From the NCBI GenBank assembly GCA_965232485.1, contig OZ246975.1, forward strand, positions 1,067,246 to 1,131,245: DNA of 64,000 bases. Reading direction: 5' to 3'. The DNA is from Rhodothermales bacterium. Lineage in GTDB: Bacteria > Bacteroidota > Rhodothermia > Rhodothermales > VXPQ01. The notes under the pieces are model-generated. The model was not told the DNA's origin, made no database searches, and worked only from the letters and a program-made list of their open reading frames with translations. This document shows positions 26,683 through 37,894 of this stretch, in pieces; position 1 is the first letter of the stretch; every line of letters begins with the position of its first letter. A program made the position numbers and the translations under genes.

Positions 26683-27048
26683 ATGCCTATTGGAAGAAAA
26701 ACCACGTACGTTATTACGCCCGTAGACAGCCCGATTGCATTCAGGGATGGATCAGACCAACCGTTCAGCAACGTGGACGGGAATGAGAATGAGGCCGTGG
26801 AGCAATGGTATTTCAAATACGCCAAGCGCTTTCTGGAATATCCAGAGGGGGAAACCGCCGTTGTTACTGTCACGATCACTGATCCATTCTTGGGCGAGAT
26901 ACGAACATTTATGGCACGCATTATTCCCGGCTGGGTAGGAGTAAGTATAGAACCGGACACGGGTTCAGCAGGGGTTGTAAACGATATATTGACAGCCGCT
27001 AAAAACCCCGAATCGGCCAAGCAATATTTGACGCGAAAAATATCCTGA
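26683..27048 (+). CDS. Hypothetical 121-aa protein
   Basis: ATG at 26683 preceded by GAGGAAAA. No family recognised. AT-rich island gene. Confidence 0.4.
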   Translation: MPIGRKTTYVITPVDSPIAFRDGSDQPFSNVDGNENEAVEQWYFKYAKRFLEYPEGETAVVTVTITDPFLGEIRTFMARIIPGWVGVSIEPDTGSAGVVNDILTAAKNPESAKQYLTRKIS

Positions 27049-27230
27049 AAAAGCAAAACAGGGATGCGCGTTGTGGAGCGATGCGCTTGGACCTGCTTTC
27101 CAAATATCCCAAATTAATTAGAATAGATTAAATACACAGAGACATTCACGGCATTTATGCGATTCATCCGTATAATTCCCTGCAAGATGCAACATTGATT
27201 TTTTTGTCGAATATTGGTTATAAGACCTTT

Positions 27231-28103
27231 TTATTCCTGGACAGACGCCTTATACAGCTGTGGGGCAAGGGCAAGATGCTGCTTAATACATCCCGAAAGT
27301 AAAAACATACGAGGATCGCGACTAAAACAAAACAATCGGTACAATGCATACTGCGATTTCCTTTTTTCTGAAAAAGCAACTTCGTTCTGCGTAATTAAAA
27401 ATGGCTGATATATACCACTATTGGTTGTTTTTACTTCAATAAACAGTTCATTATCTGTTTGACCATCAAATGAGCGAATGTCATATCCCGCGCCATCGCC
27501 ATGCTTCTTGCTTGTCCATTCTATGTCGGAAAGCAAGTCATCGCGCCCCAGACATTTCAAACGAAATTTTTCATATTTCAATGCAAATTCCTCTCCTCGT
27601 TCACCGAGTTGCCTGTTACGCGCTTCCCGCGCGGCGTAGTCGATACGACGCGGTCGGGCAGTATACTCGAGAGCAGGCTCCGATACAATTCCTTTATTGG
27701 GGGGTGTGATTTTTTTCTCTGGAGGGGCAACAAGGACCTTTTCAAAAGCTGATTCGTCAAATAACATGCCCATTTCTTGATTCAGTTTATCTTCTTGTTT
27801 AACCAAGGTATTTTCTTCTATGACCAGCCTGTCTACAACCACTTGCCTTAACATTTTTTGATAATTTTTCGCGGGGCGATAACCTCGTATATAAACATGA
27901 CCTTCTTCCAATAATATCGCGGATATATTTTGATGTTTAAATTCTATAGAACTGTCGGACCTGTTGTTCAACTTTTTCTGCAGCATTCGACGATGCTCCG
28001 CTTTAATAAAGGGCTCTCCACGACATTCGCATAATAACATATCCATATAATCAGCAACAATCGCTTCGCATTCTACTTTACTCCATGTATCGTATTTAGA
28101 CAT
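27231..28103 (-). CDS. DUF3883-domain (PD-(D/E)xK nuclease-fold) protein with conserved N-terminal domain
   Basis: C-terminus GERGEEFALKYEKFRLKCLG..GAGYDIRSFDGQTDNELFIEVKTTNSG..FLITQNEVAFSEKRKSQYALYRLF, with D...E-x-K. N-terminus W..VECEAIVADYMDMLLCECRGEPFIKAEHRRMLQKKLNNRSDSSIEFKHQNISAIL, a domain often found N-terminal to HNH/DUF3883 nucleases. Confidence 0.75.
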   Translation of the reverse strand: MSKYDTWSKVECEAIVADYMDMLLCECRGEPFIKAEHRRMLQKKLNNRSDSSIEFKHQNISAILLEEGHVYIRGYRPAKNYQKMLRQVVVDRLVIEENTLVKQEDKLNQEMGMLFDESAFEKVLVAPPEKKITPPNKGIVSEPALEYTARPRRIDYAAREARNRQLGERGEEFALKYEKFRLKCLGRDDLLSDIEWTSKKHGDGAGYDIRSFDGQTDNELFIEVKTTNSGIYQPFLITQNEVAFSEKRKSQYALYRLFCFSRDPRMFLLSGCIKQHLALAPQLYKASVQE

Positions 28104-28168
28104 AAGGCAATAAGCAAGAATTGTTAAGAAAGAAAGGCACTATTCCAGAATGGCAAAACTTATTGTTA

Positions 28169-28702
28169 TTATATATTATATTTTTCCGCCAACCCCCTAA
28201 TCACATAGCCATCGGCATCTGCAAAAACCCATTGCATGATTGCTTCCTTATAGGGTATGCAGTATTCGGGATCTGGTTGAATCATGGCTACGATCCACAT
28301 GAGTGCATCAATGGCCGCTCCATGCGTTTCCATGTTTTCTCCGCGACGATACATAAATCCACCCTGAAAAGATTGAATTTTCCAGCCTATGCGCGAGATA
28401 ACCCTGCGATCATCCGAATCGTAGCAACCCAATATATGAATACGCAAGCCATTCTCGGCGAAAAATCGTCTTCCGTCATACGTCAACCGTATCAGAAAAT
28501 TCCTATCGATCTTATCGGGCGGGTAAAAGGGATTGTAGGACGGGAGTGATTCTTCGTATACGCGCTGAAATTCGTCCAGATGGCTGCGCATATCTCGATC
28601 GGCCTCGTAGTTACGGCGAATCTCCTGAATGTATTCGGCGAGCGCGGCAATCGGGTTATTCATTATTCCGGGAAATAGATAGCGTTGAAAAAGCGGACGC
28701 AA
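28169..28702 (-). CDS. Hypothetical 164-177-aa protein upstream of and co-directional with the DUF3883 gene
   Basis: Clean AT-rich ORF, 65-nt gap to the DUF3883 gene. Alternative start at 28663 (MNNPIAAL). No family recognised. Confidence 0.5.
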   Translation of the reverse strand: MRPLFQRYLFPGIMNNPIAALAEYIQEIRRNYEADRDMRSHLDEFQRVYEESLPSYNPFYPPDKIDRNFLIRLTYDGRRFFAENGLRIHILGCYDSDDRRVISRIGWKIQSFQGGFMYRRGENMETHGAAIDALMWIVAMIQPDPEYCIPYKEAIMQWVFADADGYVIRGLAEKYNI

Positions 28703-29045
28703 CAGCGGAGGAACGTTTATGCATTGGATTAAACGCCCTGCATAGCAATCTCTCCAGTCAGGATACGGCGTCCGGGGTTTTCTGTCAAGTAGAATCGGCC
28801 GGATTAGGCCCTTGCGCAGTGTTTGTATTTTCGCCCAGGATGCGCTCTAAATTTTTCCCGTCCGCTCTCTTCACCAAATTTTCCCGTAATCCCTTGCCTT
28901 TTAACGACTTGCAGGCGACCTGAAGGCCATTTCGAGATTGCGCCAATGGAAAAAATTTCGTATTTTATCGGGATATGGGCTTTTTCGGAAACCCTCCGGC
29001 GGGCCCAGGACATTTTCAGGCATTTCCAACCCCTGCGCAACCTGC

Positions 29046-31613
29046 ATGGAACCGAACGACTCCCGGATCATCCCGATCAATATCGAGGAGGAAATGAAGT
29101 CCTCCTACATCGATTATTCGATGTCGGTGATCGTAAGCCGGGCGTTGCCGGACATCCGCGACGGCCTGAAACCCGTACATCGGCGCGTGCTGTACGGCAT
29201 GAGCGATCTCGGCCTGACCGCCGGCTCCGGTTACAAAAAGAGCGCCCGCGTCGTAGGGGAAGTCCTTGGCAAGTATCATCCGCACGGAGACGCCTCGGTG
29301 TACGACACCATGGTGCGCATGGCGCAGGAGTTCTCCATGCGTTCCCCGCTTGTGGACGGACAGGGGAATTTCGGATCGATCGACGGGGACGCCGCCGCCG
29401 CCATGCGGTACACGGAAGCCCGCATGACGCGCATCGCAGAGGAAATGCTGCGCGACATTCAGAAAGAAACGGTCGATTTTCAGGAGAATTTCGATGGATC
29501 TCTGGAGGAGCCGACCGTGCTGCCCGCCGCGATCCCCAACCTGCTCCTGAACGGTTCCGACGGCATCGCCGTGGGCATGGCCACAAAAATTCCGCCGCAC
29601 AACCTGAAGGAAACGATCGACGCGGTCATCGCCTGGATCGACGATCCCGATATCGACGTCGAGGGCCTGATGAAACACCTGCCGGCGCCCGATTTTCCCA
29701 CGGGCGGCATTATCTATGGCTACGCCGGCGTAAAGGAAGCATACCAGACAGGCCGCGGCCGCATTGTGATGCGCGCCCGGATGCACGAGGAAGAAATCCG
29801 GGCGGGCCGCGCCGCGCTCGTCATTACGGAGATCCCCTATCAGGTCAACAAGAGTTCGCTCCTCGAAAAGATCGCGCATCACGTCAAGGAAAAACGCATC
29901 GAGGGCGTCAGCGACCTGCGCGACGAATCCGACCGGGACGGCCTGCGCGTCGTCGTCGAGATAAAGAACGACGCCATGCCGCTGGTTGTACAAAACCAAT
30001 TGTACAAATACACGCAGTGCCAGCAGTCCTTCGGCGTGAATATGGTGGCGCTGGTGAACGGGCGCCCGAAAACCATCACGCTGCAAGACGCCGTACGGCG
30101 CTATGTGGAGCACCGGCATGAAATCGTGGAGCGGCGCACCCGGTTCGATCTGCGCAAGGCGCAGGAACGGGCGCACATCCTCGAAGGCCTGACGATCGCG
30201 CTGGACCATCTGGATCAGGTCATTACGATCATTCGTCATTCGGACGATACCGATACGGCCCGCAAAAACCTGATGGACGGCGTCTATCCCGAACAATTGA
30301 CGGCGGCCCAACTCGAACGACTGGGCCTGCCCCCCGCGGACGGCGCCATGTTTTCGCTGACGCAAGACCAGGCCGACGCCATTCTTGCGCTGCGGCTGAG
30401 TCGCCTGACGGGCCTCGAACGCCAGAAAATCGAACGGGAATACCGGGAAGTCCTTGAGGAAATAAGCCGCCTCGAAAACATCCTCGCCGAACGCGGTCTG
30501 CGCATGCAGATCATCAAGGACGAACTGGCGGCGATCCGGGAGAAATATGCCGATGCGCGGCGCACCGAGATCGATTATATGGGGGGAGGCGATTTCGCGA
30601 TGGAGGACATGATCGAAGAGGAACAGGTGATCGTGACCATTTCGCATCAGGCGCTGATCAAACGGACCCCGCTCGCAGAGTACCGTCAGCAGGGACGAGG
30701 CGGCGTCGGCATGAAAGGAAGCGGCAAACGGGACGAGGATTATATCGAACATATGTTCGTCTCGTCCACCCACGACTACCTGCTGTATTTCACCGATCAC
30801 GGGCAATGCTACTTGCTTCGCGTCTACGAGATACCGGAAGGATCGCGCACGGCGAGGGGCCGGTCGATCCGCAACCTGATCCAGATCGATCAGGGAGACC
30901 GCGTCCGGGCCGTGCTCGCCGTGTCCAAAGCGCAGTTCGAGGACGAGGAATTCCGCCAAAACCATTACGTCGTCATGGCCACCCGCAAGGGACTGGTCAA
31001 GAAAACGGTGCTGGACGCATTCAAGCGCCCCTTGCGGTCGGGCATCATCGCCATATCGGTCGTGGAGGGAGACGAACTGATCGAAGCCCGCCTTACCGAC
31101 GGAAACGCCGATATATTTCTGGCTTCGTCAGGCGGCAAGGCCATTCGCTTCAACGAAAAGGAAGCCCGGCCCATGGGACGCGACACGCGCGGCGTAAAAG
31201 GCATTTCGCTGCGCCCGAACGAAGAGGCGATCGGCATGGTGGCGGCGGAAAACGGGGAACGCGAAATTCTCGCCATCAGCGAAAACGGGTACGGCAAGCG
31301 CAGCCACATGGGAGATTACGCGCCGCAGGGGCGGGGCGGCATGGGCCGCATCACGCTCAAAACGACGGACAGGGTGGGGCCGCTGGTCGCCATTCGGGAT
31401 GTGGCGAGCGACGACGACCTGATGATCGTGACCCAGAACGGCCTGATGATCCGTATGAACGTAGGCGACATTTCGGTGCAGGGCCGGAATACGCAGGGCG
31501 TCCGCCTCATTCACCTGAAGGAAGGAGACGCCATCGCCGACGTCACGCGCCTTGTGATCGAGGAAAACGGCGAGGAAGGAGAGGAGGAAATGGAAAACGC
31601 GCCAGACGGGTAG
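29046..31613 (+). CDS. gyrA: DNA gyrase subunit A
   Basis: [86 protein letters not shown] (active-site Tyr context), and a C-terminal beta-pinwheel with acidic tail. Confidence 0.97.
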   Translation: MEPNDSRIIPINIEEEMKSSYIDYSMSVIVSRALPDIRDGLKPVHRRVLYGMSDLGLTAGSGYKKSARVVGEVLGKYHPHGDASVYDTMVRMAQEFSMRSPLVDGQGNFGSIDGDAAAAMRYTEARMTRIAEEMLRDIQKETVDFQENFDGSLEEPTVLPAAIPNLLLNGSDGIAVGMATKIPPHNLKETIDAVIAWIDDPDIDVEGLMKHLPAPDFPTGGIIYGYAGVKEAYQTGRGRIVMRARMHEEEIRAGRAALVITEIPYQVNKSSLLEKIAHHVKEKRIEGVSDLRDESDRDGLRVVVEIKNDAMPLVVQNQLYKYTQCQQSFGVNMVALVNGRPKTITLQDAVRRYVEHRHEIVERRTRFDLRKAQERAHILEGLTIALDHLDQVITIIRHSDDTDTARKNLMDGVYPEQLTAAQLERLGLPPADGAMFSLTQDQADAILALRLSRLTGLERQKIEREYREVLEEISRLENILAERGLRMQIIKDELAAIREKYADARRTEIDYMGGGDFAMEDMIEEEQVIVTISHQALIKRTPLAEYRQQGRGGVGMKGSGKRDEDYIEHMFVSSTHDYLLYFTDHGQCYLLRVYEIPEGSRTARGRSIRNLIQIDQGDRVRAVLAVSKAQFEDEEFRQNHYVVMATRKGLVKKTVLDAFKRPLRSGIIAISVVEGDELIEARLTDGNADIFLASSGGKAIRFNEKEARPMGRDTRGVKGISLRPNEEAIGMVAAENGEREILAISENGYGKRSHMGDYAPQGRGGMGRITLKTTDRVGPLVAIRDVASDDDLMIVTQNGLMIRMNVGDISVQGRNTQGVRLIHLKEGDAIADVTRLVIEENGEEGEEEMENAPDG

Positions 31614-31627
31614 CGGATCAAGGCGCT

Positions 31628-32968
31628 CTACAGGCCCATCTTCCGCAGCGCCGCATCGATAAGGTTTATTCCCTCGTCCAGTTCGTCCGCCGAGACCACG
31701 AGCGGCGGACGGAAACGCACGGACGAAACGCCGCAACCCAGCATAACCAGGCCCGCTTCGCAGCACTGTTCAAGAAACGCGGCGCGCCGTTTCGGGTCGG
31801 GCAGATCGAAAGCGCACATCAGGCCGCGGCCCCGCACATTGCTGACGCAGGCATGCGCAGCGGCCAGTTCGCGCAGGCGCATGAGCAAGTGCGCGCCCCG
31901 CTCGTTCGCCTTGCGCGCAAGGTCCTGCTCCTCCATAACTTCGAGTATCCGGTCGAAACGCACCATATCCGCGAGGTTGCCGCCCCAGGTCGAGTTGATG
32001 CGACCCGGCGACTGGAATACATGATCGGCGACCTCGTCCATTTTCGGACCGCCCAGCACCCCGCAAACCTGGGTCTTTTTTCCGAAAGCGATGAGGTCCG
32101 GACGCACGCCAAGCGCCTGGTGCGCCCAGAATCGTCCGGTAATGCCCACGCCGGTCTGCACTTCGTCGAAAATGAACAGGGCGTCGTTTTCGTGCGCCAG
32201 GTCCTTCAGGCGAACGAAAAATTCCGGACGAAAATGATTGTCTCCTCCTTCCCCCTGAATCGGCTCTGCGATCACGCAGGCGACGTCGCGTTCGCGCGCC
32301 CTGAAATGCGCTTTGGCCTGTTCGAGGGCGGCGGCTTCGGCCCGTTCCACCTCGTCCAGATGCGCATCCAGCGGGTGCGCGATCTTCGGGTTCGGTATCC
32401 GCGGCCAGTCGAAAACAGGAAAATGCCGGGTCTTGTGCGGATCGGTGTTCGTAAGCGAAAGCGTATAGCCGGAACGCCCGTGAAACGCCTGCCGGAGATG
32501 AAGCGCCTGCCCGCCGAGTTCGCCGCGACGCCCCTTGGCCTGGTTCTTCCGAACCTTCCAGTCGAAAGCCGCCTTCAGGGCGTTCTCCACAGCGAGGGCG
32601 CCGCCGGAAATAAAGAACGCATAGGGCAGATAGTCTGGAATGGCCACGCGCCCGAACGTCCGGACGAACCGCGCCATATGCCCGGTGGCGATATCGGAAT
32701 TGGTGACCTTGTGGAGCGCCGCCTCCAGCAAGCGTTCCCGAAAATCGGCGTCCTCCACGAGGCCCGGATGATTCATGCCCAGTACGCTGGTGGCGAAAAA
32801 ACCGAAAAAATCGAGATAGTCCTTGCCCGTGCGGGCGTCCCGGAGATATACGCCCCGGCTGCGCCGCATGTCCAGCACCAGGGAATTCATGCCGCGCACC
32901 AGCAAATGCTCCGACAAAATGCGACGGACGTCCCCCGGAGATACAGAATTTGAAACCATAGCGTTCAT
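31628..32968 (-). CDS. lat: Class-III aminotransferase, L-lysine 6-transaminase-like
   Basis: ..VLDMRRSRGVYLRDARTGKDYLDFFGFFATSVLGMNHP.., ..FFISGGALAVENALK.., ..FIFDEVQTGVGITGRFWAHQALGVRPDLIAFGKKTQ (PLP lysine). Start set at MNAMVSNS. Confidence 0.8.
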   Translation of the reverse strand: MNAMVSNSVSPGDVRRILSEHLLVRGMNSLVLDMRRSRGVYLRDARTGKDYLDFFGFFATSVLGMNHPGLVEDADFRERLLEAALHKVTNSDIATGHMARFVRTFGRVAIPDYLPYAFFISGGALAVENALKAAFDWKVRKNQAKGRRGELGGQALHLRQAFHGRSGYTLSLTNTDPHKTRHFPVFDWPRIPNPKIAHPLDAHLDEVERAEAAALEQAKAHFRARERDVACVIAEPIQGEGGDNHFRPEFFVRLKDLAHENDALFIFDEVQTGVGITGRFWAHQALGVRPDLIAFGKKTQVCGVLGGPKMDEVADHVFQSPGRINSTWGGNLADMVRFDRILEVMEEQDLARKANERGAHLLMRLRELAAAHACVSNVRGRGLMCAFDLPDPKRRAAFLEQCCEAGLVMLGCGVSSVRFRPPLVVSADELDEGINLIDAALRKMGL

Positions 32969-33181
32969 GGCGGTATGCAAAGCGTTGCGAAAAAGCTTTT
33001 TTGGGGATGAGCGGTGATTTTTTCTTCCTGACACGCCATCGCCGCAAAGGATTCCGGGGGATCCGATTCGCCGCTCAACCGTTTCCTGTACATCGAATGA
33101 TTTTTACGGAGTTTGTTCCGAAAAACCCGTTCTCCACGCACCAAAGTACGACGTCTTCCCGCGTTATCCTGCTTTCGCTTT

Positions 33182-34183
33182 ATGTCCCGCCCGTCTGCAG
33201 AACAACCCCGACGCCCCGGCGATATCCGGCTCGAACGGGTGAAAAAGGAACCTCTGTTCTCTTCTGGCGACGGCGATCCGGGCATGTTCGAACTTCCGGT
33301 CGTACGGCAACCGGACATCGCCAATACCCGGGGACGACGCCCGGACTGGCTCCGCGTCAAACTGCCGTACGGACCCGCCTACCGAAACGTAGCCCACATC
33401 ATCGAGGAGCACAACCTGCACACGGTCTGTCAGAGCGCGCGGTGTCCCAATATGGGAGAATGCTGGAGCGCAGGCACGGCCACCTTTATGATTCTCGGCA
33501 ACGTATGCACCCGCTCCTGCGGTTTTTGCGCCGTGATGACCGGGCGCCCGCCGGAAGGACTGGACTGGGACGAGCCGAACCGCGTCGCCGAGGCGGCCCG
33601 CCTCATGGAGTTGACGCACGCCGTCGTGACCAGCGTAAACCGCGACGAGCGCAAGGACGGGGGCGCCCCCATCTTTGCAGAAACCATCCGCAAGATCCGC
33701 GAAGCGCGCAAAGGCTGCACCGTCGAAGTATTGATTCCCGATTTTCGGGGGCATCGCGAGGCCCTGCAACAGGTAATCGACGCGCGCCCGGACATCATGA
33801 ACCACAATGTGGAAACGGTCCCGCGCCTCTACCGTCGCGTCCGGCCCCAGGCCAGTTACAGGCAATCGCTGGAGGTGCTTCGCATTTCGAAGGAAGCCGG
33901 ATTGCGCACGAAAAGCGGCGTCATGGTCGGACTGGGCGAAACAGAGGCCGAGGTGCTGGACCTGATGGACGATTTCGCGGCGAACGGGGTGGACGTGATG
34001 ACCATCGGGCAATACCTGCAACCCACGCGCATGCACTTGCCGGTCGAGGAATTCGTGCATCCGAATACGTTCGCCCGCTACAAGACGGCCGGCGAAGCCA
34101 AGGGGATTGATCATGTGGAAAGCGGCCCCCTGGTCCGCTCGTCCTACCACGCCGAACGGCACGTAAAATCCGATTCGACCTGA
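33182..34183 (+). CDS. lipA: Lipoyl synthase
   Basis: [47 protein letters not shown] (both Cys clusters)..[11 protein letters not shown].. Confidence 0.95.
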   Translation: MSRPSAEQPRRPGDIRLERVKKEPLFSSGDGDPGMFELPVVRQPDIANTRGRRPDWLRVKLPYGPAYRNVAHIIEEHNLHTVCQSARCPNMGECWSAGTATFMILGNVCTRSCGFCAVMTGRPPEGLDWDEPNRVAEAARLMELTHAVVTSVNRDERKDGGAPIFAETIRKIREARKGCTVEVLIPDFRGHREALQQVIDARPDIMNHNVETVPRLYRRVRPQASYRQSLEVLRISKEAGLRTKSGVMVGLGETEAEVLDLMDDFAANGVDVMTIGQYLQPTRMHLPVEEFVHPNTFARYKTAGEAKGIDHVESGPLVRSSYHAERHVKSDST

Positions 34184-34270
34184 GGCGAAGGCGCGGCGAC
34201 GGCGACCCGGACCATTCCTTACGCAATCCCTGGGCAATTTTTCACCCGATTCACCATACGTAGATAGCAT

Positions 34271-34696
34271 ATGGAGCGCACGCTCGCCATTCTGAAACCC
34301 GATTGCGTCCGAAAGGGACTGGTTGGAGAAGTCATTCGCCGCATTCAGGAAGCCGGATTCGTCCTTCGCGCCCTGCGGATGCAACAACTCACCCGAAAGG
34401 AAGCCGAAGGATTTTACGCCGTACACAAGGAGCGCCCGTTCTTCGACGAACTGACGGCGTTCATGTCGAGCGGTCCCTGCGTCCCCATGGCGCTGGAAAA
34501 AGAAAATGCCGTGGAAGATTTCCGCGCATTGATCGGCGCCACCGATCCGGCGGAAGCAGCGGAAGGCACCATACGACGGGCTTTTGCGGACGACAAGGGC
34601 CAAAATATCGTTCACGGATCCGATTCTGTCGCCAATGCAACCCTTGAAGCCGGCTATTTTTTCTGCGGACGCGAACTGGCGGCGAACGGGGCCTGA
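34271..34696 (+). CDS. ndk: Nucleoside-diphosphate kinase
   Basis: [48 protein letters not shown] (active-site His). Confidence 0.95.
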   Translation: MERTLAILKPDCVRKGLVGEVIRRIQEAGFVLRALRMQQLTRKEAEGFYAVHKERPFFDELTAFMSSGPCVPMALEKENAVEDFRALIGATDPAEAAEGTIRRAFADDKGQNIVHGSDSVANATLEAGYFFCGRELAANGA

Positions 34697-34700
34697 CGCC

Positions 34701-35984
34701 GTGCGCCTCGGCCTCCTCGCCGCGCTCCTTTTGTGCTCGGCGTGCAGCCAGGCCTCCGAACGACCCGATGCGGACGCAGCGCCCTGTGAAACGCCCCCTT
34801 GCGCCCCCGTTAAAACAGGCGCCGCGGCGCTCATGGAGCGCGGGTTCGATCTGCTCGACGGAAAACGCGTCGGGCTGGTGGTCAACCATACCGCCCGCGT
34901 CGACGACGCCCATCTGATCGACCTCGTTTTCGCCGCGCCCAACGTAGAGCTCGCCGCGCTCTTCGGCCCCGAACATGGCCTGCGCGGCACGGCGGACGCC
35001 GGAGAAAAAGTCGCCGACGGACGAGACGAACGCACGGGCGCGCCCGCGTACAGCCTTTATGGGGCCACGCGCAAGCCAACCCCGGACATGCTGCGCGAGA
35101 TCGACGTGCTGGTATTCGACATTCAGGATATCGGAGCGCGGTTCTATACCTACATCTCTACGATGGGACTGGCCATGCAGGCCGCGGCGGAACAGGGCGT
35201 CCCGTTCGTCGTGCTGGATCGCCCCAATCCGCTCGGGGGAAACTATGTTTCGGGCTTTGTGCTCGAACCGGAGCATACGTCTTTTGTGGGACAGTACCCG
35301 ATCCCCATGGTCCATGGCATGACCGTGGGCGAACTGGCCCACATGATTCGGGATCATTCGATGATGGAAGGTCTGGACGCCCTGGAACTCCATGTCGTCG
35401 AAATGGAGGGATGGCGGCGCGATATGCTCTGGCCCGACACCGGGCTGCCCTGGATTCCGCCCAGCCCCAATATTCCGGATTTCGAAACCGCGCTCGTCTA
35501 TCCCGGCGCCGTTTTTTTCGAGGCCACGGCAGCCAGCGAGGGACGAGGCACCCGGAGTCCTTTCGTGCAAGTCGGAGCGCCCTGGCTACATGGACAGGCG
35601 GCCGCCGATTCCCTCAACGCACGGAACCTTCCGGGCGTACGGTTCGAGGCGGCCTCCTTCACTCCGACAAGCATACCGGGCATGGCGTCCCATCCGAAAC
35701 TGGCGGAACAACCCCTGAAGGGCATTCGCCATATCCTGACCGACGAGCATGCATTCCAGCCTGTAGAAACCGGAATCCATGTGCTCGACGTATTCTGGCG
35801 GCAAGCAGCGACCGCGCAGGAGGAACTCGTAAACCGTCCCGCCGGCCTGGCCCGCCTTGCCGGCGCGCAGCGCCTGCTCGACCTGTTGCAACAAGGCGCA
35901 TCGCCTGCAACCATTGCCGCCTCGTGGGAACGCGAAGTGGCCGCCTTCCGGGAAGCGCGCGCCGCATCGCTGCGCTATCCGTGA
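34701..35984 (+). CDS. DUF1343 family protein (exo-beta-N-acetylmuramidase NamZ-like), lipoprotein
   Basis: The GTG at 34701 gives VRLGLLAALLLCSAC. ..GKRVGLVVNHTARVD..LFGPEHGLRG..YSLYG..LVFDIQDIGARFYTYISTMG..FVVLDRPNPLGG. Confidence 0.85.
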   Translation: MRLGLLAALLLCSACSQASERPDADAAPCETPPCAPVKTGAAALMERGFDLLDGKRVGLVVNHTARVDDAHLIDLVFAAPNVELAALFGPEHGLRGTADAGEKVADGRDERTGAPAYSLYGATRKPTPDMLREIDVLVFDIQDIGARFYTYISTMGLAMQAAAEQGVPFVVLDRPNPLGGNYVSGFVLEPEHTSFVGQYPIPMVHGMTVGELAHMIRDHSMMEGLDALELHVVEMEGWRRDMLWPDTGLPWIPPSPNIPDFETALVYPGAVFFEATAASEGRGTRSPFVQVGAPWLHGQAAADSLNARNLPGVRFEAASFTPTSIPGMASHPKLAEQPLKGIRHILTDEHAFQPVETGIHVLDVFWRQAATAQEELVNRPAGLARLAGAQRLLDLLQQGASPATIAASWEREVAAFREARAASLRYP

Positions 35985-35999
35985 GGCGCCGCGGCGATG

Positions 36000-36224
36000 C
36001 TACGGAGCCATAGGCCGAGATTTTTTCGACGGCCCTTCCTCCTCGGGCGAGCGCACGAGAATAGCCCAGATAATTTCCAGATAACCGCCCAGAATGATCA
36101 GCGGGGCTACATACAGGGAAATGAATCCGTCCACCTCGTTCTCGATGCGCATCATGGCGTACCCCAGCGCCACCATCGCAACGCCCAGAAGAAGCAACAG
36201 ATAATTTTTGCGGCGAAACACCAT
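36000..36224 (-). CDS. DUF3098-family small membrane protein
   Basis: MVFRRKNYLLLLLGVAMVALGYAMM...YVAPLIILGGYLEIIWAILV, with two TM segments as in Bacteroidota DUF3098. An upstream in-frame start at 36287 is possible. Confidence 0.6.
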   Translation of the reverse strand: MVFRRKNYLLLLLGVAMVALGYAMMRIENEVDGFISLYVAPLIILGGYLEIIWAILVRSPEEEGPSKKSRPMAP

Positions 36225-36389
36225 GCGCACGCCGCGGAACTGCCTGCGGGCCTGCGGCGAGCGACGTCTTCCGGAAGGTCTTGCCATGAATCCGATGAAC
36301 AGGATGCGTATCGAAACGTATTTTACAAAATGCTCTGCGCTCTGGCCAGAGCGCCCCGTAGGCGAACCCGATGAACGTATTCAGGTTCC

Positions 36390-37871
36390 ATGCCCTTTCC
36401 GTCCCGCATAGCCGATACCGTGATAAAGTTGCCCGCTACGAAACGCCCCCTGACCATCCTCGCCGCCGCGCTCTTCGCGCTTGCATTCGCCGCAGCCCCC
36501 GCGGATCCGCCAGCGAACCTTGCCGACCGCCTCGACGCAATCATCTCGAATAACGCTTTCTGGGGCGTGTACGTGCAGCATGTCGAAACCGGCGAAACCT
36601 GGTACGAGCGCAACGCCTCGAACACGTTTCTGCCCGCCTCCAACCAAAAGATTTTTACGACCGCCACGGCGCTTGACGCCCTCGGCAGCGATTATCGATA
36701 CCGGACCGTGCTGTATTTCGACGGGCGCGTGGAAGGAAGCGTGCTGAAAGGCGATCTTGTGCTGCGCGGGTCGGGCGATCCCACATTCGGAAGCGAACAG
36801 GTTCCTGGCGAGGATCCGCTCGGAAAATGGGCGCAAGAACTGGCGAATATGGGCGTAACGCGCATTGAGGGACGCATCGTAGGCGACGACAATGTCTTTG
36901 ACGATCGCCCGTACGCCGAGGGGTGGGGTATCGAGTTCATCACCGGAAGCGCCAGCCGCGAGGTAGGCGTAAGCGCCAGCGGCCTGTCGTACAACGACAA
37001 TGTAGTGGTGGTGCGAATTCGGGCCGGCGCGCCGGGGCGCCCTCCCCGCGTCACGATGCAGCCCGACGGATTTCTGGATTTTCAAAACCGGATGGTCACG
37101 GCCAATCGACGACGCGGCATCGCCATAACCACCCAGCGGGATTTCCGCAACGAACGCATTACCCTGCAAGGAAGCCTCCCTCGCACATATAGCGGCTCCA
37201 TCGGCGTCCCGGCAACGAATCCCACAGCCCTGGCCGCCACGGTCCTGACGCAATACCTGCGCGAAGCAGGCATCGATGTGCAAGGGGAGCCGGCGGACAT
37301 AGACGACCTGATCAATTTCCGGTACGACCGGGAGCAACCCTTGTTTGCGCACGTATCGCCCCCCCTGCTGGACATTTTGCATATCGTCAACAAGAAGAGC
37401 AATAATTTCTATGCAGAGCAAGTATTCCGGACCTATGCATACGGCGGCTCCGCGGAAGGGGCGGAAAACCGCGTCAAGCAATTGCTCGAACAAGCCGGAA
37501 CGCCCACGGCAGATATCGACATTCGCGACGGGTCGGGATTGTCCCGCAAGAACATGGTCACGCCGCAGGCCATGGGCCATTTCCTGACCCATATGTACGG
37601 CCACGAAGAGCGCGACGCCTTTTTGGCCTCGCTCGCCCGGGGCGGAGAACGAACGTCCACGCTTCGCTACCGGCTGCGCCAGACGCCAGTGCAGGCCAAA
37701 ACAGGCTCCCTTGAGTTTGTGCGTACGCTGAGCGGCTACGTTACGACGCAAGACGGACAAACGCTGGCCTTCGCTATCTTCGCCAACAACTGCACCGGGT
37801 CAACCTACCGAATCACGCAAATGATCGATCGTATCGTGATGGAGCTGGCCGCTTCTGCTTCCCTGTCTTAA
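36390..37871 (+). CDS. dacB: D-alanyl-D-alanine carboxypeptidase/endopeptidase (PBP4, peptidase S13)
   Basis: ..FLPASNQKIFTTATAL (SxxK)..LVLRGSGDPTFG..DGSGLSR..KTGSLEFVRTLSGY (KTG). Confidence 0.85.
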   Translation: MPFPSRIADTVIKLPATKRPLTILAAALFALAFAAAPADPPANLADRLDAIISNNAFWGVYVQHVETGETWYERNASNTFLPASNQKIFTTATALDALGSDYRYRTVLYFDGRVEGSVLKGDLVLRGSGDPTFGSEQVPGEDPLGKWAQELANMGVTRIEGRIVGDDNVFDDRPYAEGWGIEFITGSASREVGVSASGLSYNDNVVVVRIRAGAPGRPPRVTMQPDGFLDFQNRMVTANRRRGIAITTQRDFRNERITLQGSLPRTYSGSIGVPATNPTALAATVLTQYLREAGIDVQGEPADIDDLINFRYDREQPLFAHVSPPLLDILHIVNKKSNNFYAEQVFRTYAYGGSAEGAENRVKQLLEQAGTPTADIDIRDGSGLSRKNMVTPQAMGHFLTHMYGHEERDAFLASLARGGERTSTLRYRLRQTPVQAKTGSLEFVRTLSGYVTTQDGQTLAFAIFANNCTGSTYRITQMIDRIVMELAASASLS

Positions 37872-37894
37872 GCATGCTCTGATCCGACGCCCTG

